Shown one piece after another: positions 1 through 8,057 of a DNA stretch of 33,649 bases. The stretch covers positions 1 through 33,649 of the forward strand of contig JACCZV010000336.1 in the NCBI GenBank assembly GCA_013695775.1, given 5' to 3'. The stretch comes from Chitinophagales bacterium. GTDB lineage: Bacteria > Bacteroidota > Bacteroidia > Chitinophagales > UBA10324. The notes below the pieces were generated by a model. That model saw nothing but the letters and a program-made list of their open reading frames with translations, made no database searches and was not told the DNA's origin. A program made the translations under genes and the position numbers. The stretch's first letter is position 1; each line of letters begins with the position of its first letter.

Positions 1-164
1 CGGTAAAACTTATAAACCGGCGAATGGAAACAGAAGCCTCGGGCGGAGTTGATCTTGATACCGTACGTGACATAGCTTCTTCAGGAGTGGATTACATTTC
101 AGTTGGAGCCTTGACCCATTCATATAAAAGTCTGGACCTAAGTTTAAAGGCAGTTGTTGCTTAA
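1..164 (+). CDS. nadC: nicotinate-nucleotide (quinolinate) pyrophosphorylase, C-terminal fragment; the 5' end lies outside the window
   Basis: Frame 3 is open from the window edge to TAA at 162-164. It reads ...[46 protein letters not shown], which matches the typical NadC C-terminus (E-x-SGG, GVD[10 protein letters not shown], LD-x-SL). Confidence 0.8.
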   Translation, partial: VKLINRRMETEASGGVDLDTVRDIASSGVDYISVGALTHSYKSLDLSLKAVVA

Positions 165-243
165 AAAATTTTAAAAAACAGGTGATTCCTTAACATTGCA
201 GCACAAAACACTAATCTACTTCTAAGCTTTTCTCCTTCCTCAT

Positions 244-1026
244 ATGATCAATTTTCAATTTCTAATATCCAGTCTTGAAAACGGAATTTTTAACATCACC
301 ATCAATCGTCCTGATAAGCTGAATGCACTTAACCGTACTGTGATAGACGAGCTTGATGCTGCTTTCGATCTGGTGTACGACGATGATAAAATCAGGGGTG
401 TAATTATCACAGGGGCCGGACCCAAAGCTTTCGTTGCGGGTGCTGATATTACAGAGTTCATTTCGTTTACACCCGAACAGGCGCGTGAAATGTCGTTGAA
501 TGGTCATCGTGTTTTTAATAAGATTGAAGCAGCGCCAAAGCCGGTAATTGCTGCAATAAATGGTTTTGCTCTTGGCGGTGGCTGTGAGCTCGCAATGTGT
601 TGTCACATGCGGGTTGCAAGTGAAAATGCTTCGTTTGGCCAGCCGGAGATAAACCTGGGTCTCATTCCGGGATATGGGGGCACCCAACGGCTGCTACGCT
701 ATATAGGCAGAGCCAAAGGAATTGAATTGCTGCTCACGGCGGATTTTATGAACGCGACGGATGCATTGCAATTAGGATTGGTTAATTATGTCACTTCCCG
801 TGAAGAGCTGATACCAAAATGTCAATCCATCCTCAATAAAATAATATCTAAATCCTCTCTGGTTATTGATCAGATTATAGCATGTGCAAACTCTTACTAC
901 AACAAGCAGGAGGATGGATTCGAGCTCGAGATTGATGAATTTGCCAAATGTATTGCTACAGAAGATTTCAAGGAGGGCACTGCGGCATTTTTAGAAAAGC
1001 GAACTGCAAATTTTTCAGGTAAATAA
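244..1026 (+). CDS. enoyl-CoA hydratase/isomerase (crotonase) family protein
   Basis: 260-aa ORF with an ATG start. It has crotonase-fold hallmarks: NRPDKLNAL, GAGPKAFVAGADI and the oxyanion-hole segment ALGGGCELAMCCH. Confidence 0.9.
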   Translation: MINFQFLISSLENGIFNITINRPDKLNALNRTVIDELDAAFDLVYDDDKIRGVIITGAGPKAFVAGADITEFISFTPEQAREMSLNGHRVFNKIEAAPKPVIAAINGFALGGGCELAMCCHMRVASENASFGQPEINLGLIPGYGGTQRLLRYIGRAKGIELLLTADFMNATDALQLGLVNYVTSREELIPKCQSILNKIISKSSLVIDQIIACANSYYNKQEDGFELEIDEFAKCIATEDFKEGTAAFLEKRTANFSGK

Positions 1027-1083
1027 AATAGCAGACTTTCAACGTCTTTGCGATTTACCCGTTGAGAATGATGAACAGTAAAT

Positions 1084-1941
1084 ATGCCTTCCTACTGTTA
1101 TGAAAAAACGATGCTGTTAGGAGTTCACTGCTCTGTGGCTGGTGGTCTTGAAAATGCCTTTGAGGAGGCAAGGCTAAAAGGGATAAATACATTTCAGATA
1201 TTCAGCCGCAATCAGCGGCAATGGAAGGCTAAGCCTGTTTCTGATGAGGAGAGGAGAAGATTTTCTGCCGCCTTTAAAAAATCTAATATAAAGGTCGCGT
1301 TTTCACATTGCTCTTACCTTTTAAATCTTGCTTCGGCAAATGATGCCCTACAGCAATTGTCGGTTCATTCACTTACAGAAGAGGTGGAGCGATGCAGCCT
1401 CCTTGGACTCTCTTTTTGCGTCCTCCATCCGGGGGCAGCGGGCGAGCAACCAAAAGAACAAGCCATCAGGCGTATTATATCAGGATTAAGGCAGGTTATT
1501 AAAAACACTCGTAAAAGCAAAGTGGTGATTGCCTTAGAAAATACCGCTGGTCAAGGCACAAGCGTAGGAGGGACATTTGAAAATTTAAGATATATCTATG
1601 AGGAAGTTGAAAGCAAACGCATTGGATTTTGCCTGGATACCTGCCATGCTTTTGTAGCAGGGTATGACATCCGCACTGAAAAAGGAGTTGAGAAAACATT
1701 AAATTCCTTTGATAAGATTTGTGGGCTGAAACATCTGAAAGCCTTTCATATCAACGACAGCAAAGGAGATCTTGGCAGCCGGCTCGATCGTCATGAAAAT
1801 ATTGGTAAAGGAAAGCTGGGATTGATACCATTCAAGTATATTATGAACCATTTCCCTCATATCCCTAAAGTGCTGGAAACGCCGAAAGAAGAGGATGGTG
1901 ATGAGATTAATCTGAAAGTGCTACGGAACTTAATAGATTAA
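1084..1941 (+). CDS. nfo: deoxyribonuclease IV (AP endonuclease, Nfo family)
   Basis: 285-aa ORF with Nfo/xylose-isomerase-like TIM-barrel motifs (LLGVHCS, VLHPG, ALENTAGQG, CLDTCHAF, FHINDSK...DRHENIGKG). The homology-consistent start may be the internal ATG at 1111 (MLLGVH...). Confidence 0.9.
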   Translation: MPSYCYEKTMLLGVHCSVAGGLENAFEEARLKGINTFQIFSRNQRQWKAKPVSDEERRRFSAAFKKSNIKVAFSHCSYLLNLASANDALQQLSVHSLTEEVERCSLLGLSFCVLHPGAAGEQPKEQAIRRIISGLRQVIKNTRKSKVVIALENTAGQGTSVGGTFENLRYIYEEVESKRIGFCLDTCHAFVAGYDIRTEKGVEKTLNSFDKICGLKHLKAFHINDSKGDLGSRLDRHENIGKGKLGLIPFKYIMNHFPHIPKVLETPKEEDGDEINLKVLRNLID

Positions 1942-2161
1942 AATTAAAAGATTGGCATAAGGTAAACGCTTTATAAATGCAACTCGCACATCATCATATC
2001 TAATTTGAAATCCAAGAGGATTTCTTTCAATTATTGCAAAGGCAGCGTCTAAATTCAGTTCTAAATTCCTTACTCAATCCGGGTCGCTGTTCTTCATACC
2101 TTGTCATTGCATCCATTAAATCGAGTTCGGCATATTCAGAAATACGAAGGCTGTAACTCAT
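1930..2161 (-). pseudogene. ParE/RelE-family toxin remnant, frameshifted and C-terminally truncated
   Basis: On the minus strand, the ATG at 2161-2159 opens MSYSLRISEYAELDLMDAMTRYEEQRPGLSKEFRTEFRRCLCNN*, with the stop at 2029-2027. A second frame continues ...LDAAFAIIERNPLGFQIRYDDVRVAFIKRLPYANLLILIY*, with the stop at 1932-1930. Joined, the two pieces resemble small ParE/RelE toxins (I-x-x-NP...F, KR-x-PYA) but lack about 20 C-terminal residues. The last codons overlap the 3' end of nfo. Confidence 0.6.
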
Positions 2162-2365
2162 TGATGGGAATAAATTCTCTTCCGAATTCCTTCCCAACTG
2201 GATAAAGAAACCTCTCCTTTGCGAATTGCCTCTATACGCCTTATTGTTTCAGCTATATGATGTTTAGGAATCGTGATTTCATTTGGATTGATGCTATCCC
2301 ACACTTTCTATCAAAAGAATTTTTTCAGCAGCACTTAATTTCAATATTTCGTCAATGGAGATCAT
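2158..2365 (-). pseudogene. putative addiction-module antitoxin remnant, frameshifted
   Basis: On the minus strand, the ATG at 2365-2363 gives MISIDEILKLSAAEKILLIESVG*, with a premature TAG at 2296-2294. A shifted frame continues VWDSINPNEITIPKHHIAETIRRIEAIRKGEVSLSSWEGIRKRIYSHQ*. Together these give the pattern L-x-x-x-EK-x-x-L-x-E-x-x-WDSI...W-x-E, typical of the small antitoxins found upstream of ParE/RelE toxins. Its TGA (2160-2158) overlaps the toxin ATG as ATGA. Confidence 0.6.
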
Positions 2366-2496
2366 GAGCTTCTTTTGTTACATCCATGAAGGTGATATAA
2401 TGTAAAGCTATTGATTTACTGAATCGCTTTTTATAAAGATTTATTCTTACTTCAGCCAATCACTCTCGTACAAGCTCAAGACTGAGCTATAGCGTT

Positions 2497-5331
2497 TCAA
2501 TTTTTACCAAGCTTCTTTTTAAGAAATTCCCCCGTATAAGATTCTTCAATCTTTATCAGTCCTTCCGGAGTTCCCTGATATAATAGATAGCCACCCTGAG
2601 CTCCTCCAACAGGTCCGAGGTCGATTACATGATCAGCACATTTGATTACCTCCACGTTGTGCTCTATGATGATCACTGAATGACCATTTTCTATCAGCAT
2701 GTCGAAGGATCGGAGAAGTTTATTTATATCATGAAAATGTAGTCCGGTAGTGGGTTCATCAAAGATGAAGAGTACTGGTTTTTGAGAGTTGCCTTTTCCA
2801 AGGAAAGAAGCAAGCTTTACCCGCTGTGCCTCACCGCCGCTTAAGGTGCTTGATGACTGTCCGAGCTTCACATAGCCAAGCCCCACATCAACCAGAGGCT
2901 GCAATCGCTGGGCAACTTCATTTTCATCCCAAAAGAATTCAACTGCCTCGTCAACACTCATATCCAGCACATCCGCAATATTTTTGTCTTTATAGAATAC
3001 CTCTAAAACCTCCTCCTTAAATCTTTTGCCTCCGCATACTTCGCAAAGTAGATGCACGTCGGCTAAGAATTGCATCTCAACAATGATCTCACCATCGCCT
3101 TTGCATGTCTCACAACGGCCACCCTCTACGTTAAATGAAAAATGCTTTGGTTTAAAGCCCTTCACCTTAGCTGCCCGTTGATCGGTAAAAAGGTCGCGAA
3201 TGGCATCATAAGCTTTGATATAAGTTACAGGATTTGAGCGAGACGATTTACCAAGCGGGTTCTGGTCTACCATCTCAACTTGTGAAATCATTTTGTAATC
3301 TCCTTTCAGCTCCTTAAATAAGCCTGCCTTTTCACTATATCCCCCAATAGCTTTTTGGAGCGCGGGATATAGAATCTTTTTTACCAGTGTAGTTTTTCCT
3401 GAGCCACTCACCCCTGTTACAACCGTAATTGCATTCAAAGGAAATTTCACACTTATATTCTTAAGATTGTGTTCGGAGGCTTCTGTGAGCTCTATGCAAC
3501 TGATCCACTTTCGGCGTTGTGAGGGAATGGGGATAACCATTTCACCGGTCAGATATTTTCCTGTTAAGCTTTCTTTATCATTAAAGATATTTTCAAAACT
3601 CCCATTAAATATAATCTCACCGCCGTGAATACCTGCCAAAGGTCCCATATCCACAATGTGATCACTGTGGCGCATGATCTCTTCCTCGTGCTCCACTACA
3701 ATAACTGTATTTCCTGCATCGCGAAGCTTATGCAACACCCTTACCAGTTGAGCAGTATCTTTGGGATGAAGCCCTACACTTGGCTCATCAAGGATATACA
3801 TTGAGCTTGTAAGGTTGCTGCCCAATGTTCTGGTAAGATGAATGCGTTGTGTTTCTCCTCCGGATAGGGTTGATGATAGCCGGTTTAGAGAAAGGTAGCC
3901 GAGCCCCACATCCATCATTACCTGAAGGCGGTTATTTATCTCAAGCAGGATCCGTTTTGAAATCTCCTGTTGTTTTGGAGTGAGAGAAAGATGGCTGAAG
4001 AAATTATTTACCTCCGAAATTGGCAGCAGCACCAGCTCGCTTATCGACCTTCCACCCACCTGCACATAAGATGCATCTTTTCGCAAGCGGGTGCCTTTGC
4101 AATCGGGACATGTGGTTTTTCCGCGATAGCGTGAAAGCATTACGCGATACTGAATCTTATACGTTTGTGATTCGAGAAATTTAAAAAAGTCGTTGAGGCC
4201 ATGAAAATATTGATTTCCGTTCCAAAGTAATTCGCGCTGTTTATCCGTAAGATCTTTGAAAGGACGATGTATTGGAAAATCAGATTTTCGTGAATAGCGA
4301 ATCAATTCCTCATTCCATTCTTTCATCTTTTCACCCTTCCAGCACGCTACAGCATTTTCATAGATAGAAAGGTTCTTATCAGGAATTACAAGGTCCTCAT
4401 CAATGCCGATCACAGAACCAAATCCCCCGCAGGTTTTACATGCACCAAATGGATTATTGAAACTAAAAAACTGAGGGGTAGGCTCTTCAAAGATCATCCC
4501 ATCCATTTCAAAGCGATTAGAAAAATGCCGTTCACCATCATGCTCAGTAAAAATGGTACAGTACCCTTCACTCTCGAAGAAGGCCGTCTGCACCGAATCA
4601 GCCAGTCGTGTCTTGTTATCAGTATCCTTAGAATTCCATGAGATTCTATCAATGACTATTTTGATCGTTTCAGTGATTTTTGATTCATCACCATGCTTCT
4701 GTCTTATCAGGAAATCTTCTATTTTTTCAATTTTATCATCTATGCTGATGCGGGAAAATCCTTTTTGCAGTAAAATATTCAACTCTTCATTTAGGCTTCG
4801 ATGATGAATCTTTTTGAAAGGGATCATTACGAAAATCGTATTGCCCTCCTGAAGCGTGTTTACATAATTTACCACATCGCTCACATCATCCTTTTTTACC
4901 ATTTGTCCTGATACAGGGGATATTGTTTTGCCTATACGGGCATAAAGTACTCGCAGGTAATCATAAATCTCCGTCAGGGATCCGACGGTGGAACGGGAAG
5001 TTCGGGCACCAACCCTCTGTTCAATTGCTATAGCCGGGCAAATTCCCTTAATATAATCTACATCAGGTTTGTTCATCCGCATCAGAAATTGACGGGCATA
5101 GGCTGACAGCGATTCAACATATCGGCGCTGTCCTTCAGCATATAAAGTATCAATTGTAAGGGAAGATTTACCTGAGCCAGATACCCCTGTAATCACTATG
5201 AGCTTGTTCCTGGGAATTTCAACATCAATGTTTTTAAGGTTGTGGGTACGGGCTCCCTTTATAAAAATATTTTTTTTTGATGGCGTAATATTTGTTTTTT
5301 CGGAATTTAATGTAGAAATTTGGTTCAGCAT
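2497..5331 (-). CDS. uvrA: excinuclease ABC subunit A
   Basis: 944-aa ORF with an ATG start. It has two Walker A sites (GVSGSGKSS and GVSGSGKTT), two ABC signatures (LSGGETQR and LSGGEAQR) and zinc-finger cysteine pairs ([24 protein letters not shown]...CEVCGGKR). Confidence 0.97.
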   Translation of the reverse strand: MLNQISTLNSEKTNITPSKKNIFIKGARTHNLKNIDVEIPRNKLIVITGVSGSGKSSLTIDTLYAEGQRRYVESLSAYARQFLMRMNKPDVDYIKGICPAIAIEQRVGARTSRSTVGSLTEIYDYLRVLYARIGKTISPVSGQMVKKDDVSDVVNYVNTLQEGNTIFVMIPFKKIHHRSLNEELNILLQKGFSRISIDDKIEKIEDFLIRQKHGDESKITETIKIVIDRISWNSKDTDNKTRLADSVQTAFFESEGYCTIFTEHDGERHFSNRFEMDGMIFEEPTPQFFSFNNPFGACKTCGGFGSVIGIDEDLVIPDKNLSIYENAVACWKGEKMKEWNEELIRYSRKSDFPIHRPFKDLTDKQRELLWNGNQYFHGLNDFFKFLESQTYKIQYRVMLSRYRGKTTCPDCKGTRLRKDASYVQVGGRSISELVLLPISEVNNFFSHLSLTPKQQEISKRILLEINNRLQVMMDVGLGYLSLNRLSSTLSGGETQRIHLTRTLGSNLTSSMYILDEPSVGLHPKDTAQLVRVLHKLRDAGNTVIVVEHEEEIMRHSDHIVDMGPLAGIHGGEIIFNGSFENIFNDKESLTGKYLTGEMVIPIPSQRRKWISCIELTEASEHNLKNISVKFPLNAITVVTGVSGSGKTTLVKKILYPALQKAIGGYSEKAGLFKELKGDYKMISQVEMVDQNPLGKSSRSNPVTYIKAYDAIRDLFTDQRAAKVKGFKPKHFSFNVEGGRCETCKGDGEIIVEMQFLADVHLLCEVCGGKRFKEEVLEVFYKDKNIADVLDMSVDEAVEFFWDENEVAQRLQPLVDVGLGYVKLGQSSSTLSGGEAQRVKLASFLGKGNSQKPVLFIFDEPTTGLHFHDINKLLRSFDMLIENGHSVIIIEHNVEVIKCADHVIDLGPVGGAQGGYLLYQGTPEGLIKIEESYTGEFLKKKLGKN

Positions 5332-5497
5332 TTATATCAACAGCCTTTAATTTTAACCTATATTACTTATTGCAACAGTTTTTACACTACTAAAAACACC
5401 GTTTGATCTTATAAGTTGCAACGCTACATTTTTGATTTATCATTGAGAAGAGATTAATTGAGCCGTCCTTCGACCTGTAGGCTTATTTAGTAATTTG

Positions 5498-5514
5498 ATT
5501 TGAATATTTCAAAT
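5498..5514. promoter_or_regulatory. perfect 7-3-7 palindrome ATTTGAA-TAT-TTCAAAT in the divergent uvrA / sigma-factor intergenic region; candidate operator
   Basis: Read directly from the sequence. Its centre (5506) is equidistant from the uvrA start codon (ends at 5331) and the sigma-factor ATG (5681), 167 bp from each. Confidence 0.25.
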
Positions 5515-5680
5515 GTATAACTGGATCCTGCTTTAATACCAACATTTATAATGCAAACCACCCCGACTAATACTATTTATAATGACTATTGGTTCACTAA
5601 ACCAATGCTGCTGATCTGATATCTACACGTTTTACTTTCACTATTAAAAGAGGAATTCCTCACTTTTAAACGGTAGATAT

Positions 5681-6259
5681 ATGCAAACTCAAATTCTCAA
5701 CGATGAAGCCCTGGTGCTTCAATATATGAATGGTAATGAACAGTCGCTGGAAATATTAATCCGGCGGCACAAAAGTAAAATTTTCACCTCCATATTCATG
5801 TTTCTGCGCGATCAATACTTAGCTGAAGATCTGTTTCAGGAAACATTTATTAAGGTAGTCCGAAAACTTCGTGCAGGACAATATCAGGAGGAGGGCAAAT
5901 TTCTTCCGTGGGTAATGCGGATCTCTCATAACCTGTGTATCGACTTTTATAGAAAAACCAGGCGGACGCCGCAGATTGTAACTCCCGAAGGGTTTGATAT
6001 CTTCAACGTATTGCAGTTTTCGGATGGAAATCCGGAGAATATGGTGATTCGGAAGCAATCTCATGAACGGGTACGCGCTATGGTCGATGAGCTTCCCGTG
6101 GAACAAAAAGAAGTGGTGATACTTCGTCATTACGCCGACTTAAGCTTTAAAGAAATTGCAGAGATCACCAACGTAAGCATCAACACAGCTCTTGGACGAA
6201 TGAGATATGCATTGATCAATCTGCGTAAAATGCAAATGGAAAAGCAGATCGCTTTATAA
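5681..6259 (+). CDS. RNA polymerase sigma-70 factor, ECF subfamily
   Basis: 192-aa ORF with an ATG start. Region 2 reads EDLFQETFIKVVRKL...WVMRISHNLCIDFYRK. The region 4 helix-turn-helix reads VVILRHYADLSFKEIAEITNVSINTALGRMRYAL. Confidence 0.9.
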   Translation: MQTQILNDEALVLQYMNGNEQSLEILIRRHKSKIFTSIFMFLRDQYLAEDLFQETFIKVVRKLRAGQYQEEGKFLPWVMRISHNLCIDFYRKTRRTPQIVTPEGFDIFNVLQFSDGNPENMVIRKQSHERVRAMVDELPVEQKEVVILRHYADLSFKEIAEITNVSINTALGRMRYALINLRKMQMEKQIAL

Positions 6260-6413
6260 TATAGATTGTAGAGGAAGCGGTGATGCTCTCTCAAATACGA
6301 TTTATTCTGATTAGCATATAGCTTCTAAAATAATTTTTACATGGATTATACAATTTAGGTTTTGTTGGTCGTTAAAGAGGAGTTCTTACAAACAGAACAA
6401 ATCTGAAAGGCCT

Positions 6414-6653
6414 ATGACACACAATTTTACACCCAACGATCTCTTACGCTTCCTTTATAGGGAAACCACACATGAAGAGGATCTTAGAATCAAATTATGG
6501 ATCTCGCAAGATTTGAATGCTTATGATTTATTTATGCAAATGATCCACTCTGCTAAATCCTTAAATTTTGTTCCCTTGCAACCCAGTGAAACATCGGTAA
6601 GCATCATCCTGGATTACAGCCGGCAGACATCACAGGCTGAATCTCACGTTTGA
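6414..6653 (+). CDS. small hypothetical protein downstream of the ECF sigma factor; possible atypical soluble anti-sigma partner
   Basis: 79-aa ORF with an ATG start, on the same strand 154 bp after the sigma gene. It has no hydrophobic transmembrane stretch. The N-terminus (LLRFLYRETTHEE) resembles small ORFs that I recall seeing next to Bacteroidota sigma genes, but I could not verify this. Coding status is plausible but unproven. Confidence 0.5.
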   Translation: MTHNFTPNDLLRFLYRETTHEEDLRIKLWISQDLNAYDLFMQMIHSAKSLNFVPLQPSETSVSIILDYSRQTSQAESHV

Positions 6654-6763
6654 ACCAACGCTTAAGAGAAAATTTTCCTCTGCGATATCATTAGTGGAGA
6701 ATGAAAATTTTGTAGGAAGATTTTGCTCTTCGGGATGAAGTAACAAGTGTTGTATATTTGGGT

Positions 6764-7453
6764 ATGACCCGAAAGCAGCGCTATGAAGGCATCATTGATC
6801 ATTTCAGCAAGCACCAGCCCGATGCCGCCACTGAATTAGAATATGCCTCTCCATATCAGCTTCTGGTTGCTGTTATTCTTTCTGCACAATGCACAGATAA
6901 GCGCGTAAACCTAACCACACCTGCCTTTTTCAAAAGATTTCCAGATCCGAAAACCTTATCAGAAGCTACTGCGGATGAGGTTTACGAATTAATCAGAAGT
7001 ATCAGTTTTCCAAATAATAAAACCAAACACCTGATAGGGATGAGCAGGATGTTGGTCTATGAATTCAATGGTGAAGTACCTTCATCAGTGGAGGAATTGC
7101 AGCGGTTGCCAGGAGTGGGAAGAAAGACAGCGAATGTGATTGCCTCATGCATCTTCAATCAACCGCGAATGGCAGTTGATACCCATGTGTTCCGGGTGTC
7201 TGCAAGGCTGGGATTAACAAGGAGGGCCCAAAACCCTTATCAGACAGAGATTCAACTGATCAAACATATTCCCGAGGACAAGATTTCTCTTGCACATCAC
7301 TGGTTGATTTTGCATGGCAGATATGTCTGTGTAGCAAGAAGGCCGAAATGCGAAATTTGTAAGATCCGCGAGTTTTGTGCATATTATGAGTCAATTTTTA
7401 AAGCACCCCTTGGACAGACGGTAATACATAAAGATCGACCCTTGGCAGGGTGA
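6764..7453 (+). CDS. nth: endonuclease III (DNA-(apurinic or apyrimidinic site) lyase)
   Basis: It has the HhH-GPD motif LPGVGRKTANV, a catalytic-region D (VDTHV) and the 4Fe-4S ligand pattern C-x6-C-x2-C-x5-C (CVARRPKCEICKIREFC). The ORF-track start at 6758 is TTG, so the ATG at 6764 is preferred. Confidence 0.93.
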   Translation: MTRKQRYEGIIDHFSKHQPDAATELEYASPYQLLVAVILSAQCTDKRVNLTTPAFFKRFPDPKTLSEATADEVYELIRSISFPNNKTKHLIGMSRMLVYEFNGEVPSSVEELQRLPGVGRKTANVIASCIFNQPRMAVDTHVFRVSARLGLTRRAQNPYQTEIQLIKHIPEDKISLAHHWLILHGRYVCVARRPKCEICKIREFCAYYESIFKAPLGQTVIHKDRPLAG

Positions 7454-7703
7454 CGCATTCTCTCTCTCTATCTTAAGGTCCGTAGATATCAATCTGCAAA
7501 GCAAGTTCCCGTAGGGACGACACTATGGTAGCCTAAAAATTATAAAGTTCAAACCCCAAAAGGGTAACAGTATTCATATAGCAGATATCTCTGGCTATTT
7601 ATATTTAATTTACCTGGGATAGTCTTACCGTTAATTAGAAATCTTTCGCCCCTCTGGGGTTCTGGGAATTTTTGTTTCTTTCTACCATACTTTCGCTCCT
7701 AAC

Positions 7704-7859
7704 GGAGCTAAGCAAATCGAGGGGAGGATAATTTAATCGTGAAAGGATAATAATGGAATAACATTTTCATATAAGAAGATCTTTTTGTGGTCTTTCGTAC
7801 CACATCTTTAATCAATGCAAAGCAAGTCCCCTGGAGAAGACAGTATGGTAGAATGGTAG
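7704..7859. repeat. imperfect direct repeat, copy 1 (pairs with 7906-8046)
   Basis: It starts GGAGCTAAGC and ends ...GACAGTATGGTAGAATGGTAG. Its 54-bp core (7777-7830) is 50/54 identical to 7963-8016. Confidence 0.7.
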
Positions 7860-7905
7860 CAGGATACCTCAAGTTCAAACTCATAAGGTGACAGTATTCT
7901 CCATT

Positions 7906-8046
7906 GGAGCTAAGCCATCGTTGAAGGGATTAATAATAATATAACTTTGATTTCGAATAAGGAGATCTTTTTGTGGTCTTTCGTACCGCATCATTAATCA
8001 CTGCTAAGCAAGTCCCGTAGGGACGACAGTATGGTAGAATGGTAGA
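7906..8046. repeat. imperfect direct repeat, copy 2 (pairs with 7704-7859)
   Basis: It has the same start and end motifs as copy 1. The core at 7963-8016 is AGATCTTTTTGTGGTCTTTCGTACCGCATCATTAATCACTGCTAAGCAAGTCCC. Confidence 0.7.
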
Positions 8047-8057
8047 ATGGTAGAATG
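8031..8057. repeat. octanucleotide microsatellite (ATGGTAGA)x3 plus a partial unit
   Basis: ATGGTAGA occurs at 8031-8038, 8039-8046 and 8047-8054, followed by ATG. The homologous positions in the other repeat units carry two copies (7845-7859) and one copy (7525-7531). Confidence 0.8.

Noticed and set aside
255-687. 68-aa and 141-aa minus-strand ORFs within the enoyl-CoA hydratase gene
   Set aside because: They are embedded antisense to a gene with clear crotonase motifs, and I recognised no domain in either.
2473-2488. Hairpin AGCTCA-AGAC-TGAGCT just downstream of the uvrA stop, considered as a terminator
   Set aside because: It has a 6-bp stem but no U-tract on the uvrA (minus) strand. 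It may equally belong to the decayed TA cassette promoter region.
2826-4804. Plus-strand ORFs (64 aa and 83 aa) inside uvrA
   Set aside because: They are antisense to a strongly supported 944-aa gene and are compositionally biased (Pro/His/Ser-rich).
7787-7803. The stem-loop GTGGT-CTTTCGT-ACCAC resembles a tRNA anticodon arm with a UUC anticodon, which suggested a tRNA-derived (SINE-like) element
   Set aside because: No D arm, T arm with a 7-nt T-loop, or acceptor stem can be built around it. The neighbouring hairpins have 3-4-nt loops, so the resemblance is probably coincidental.
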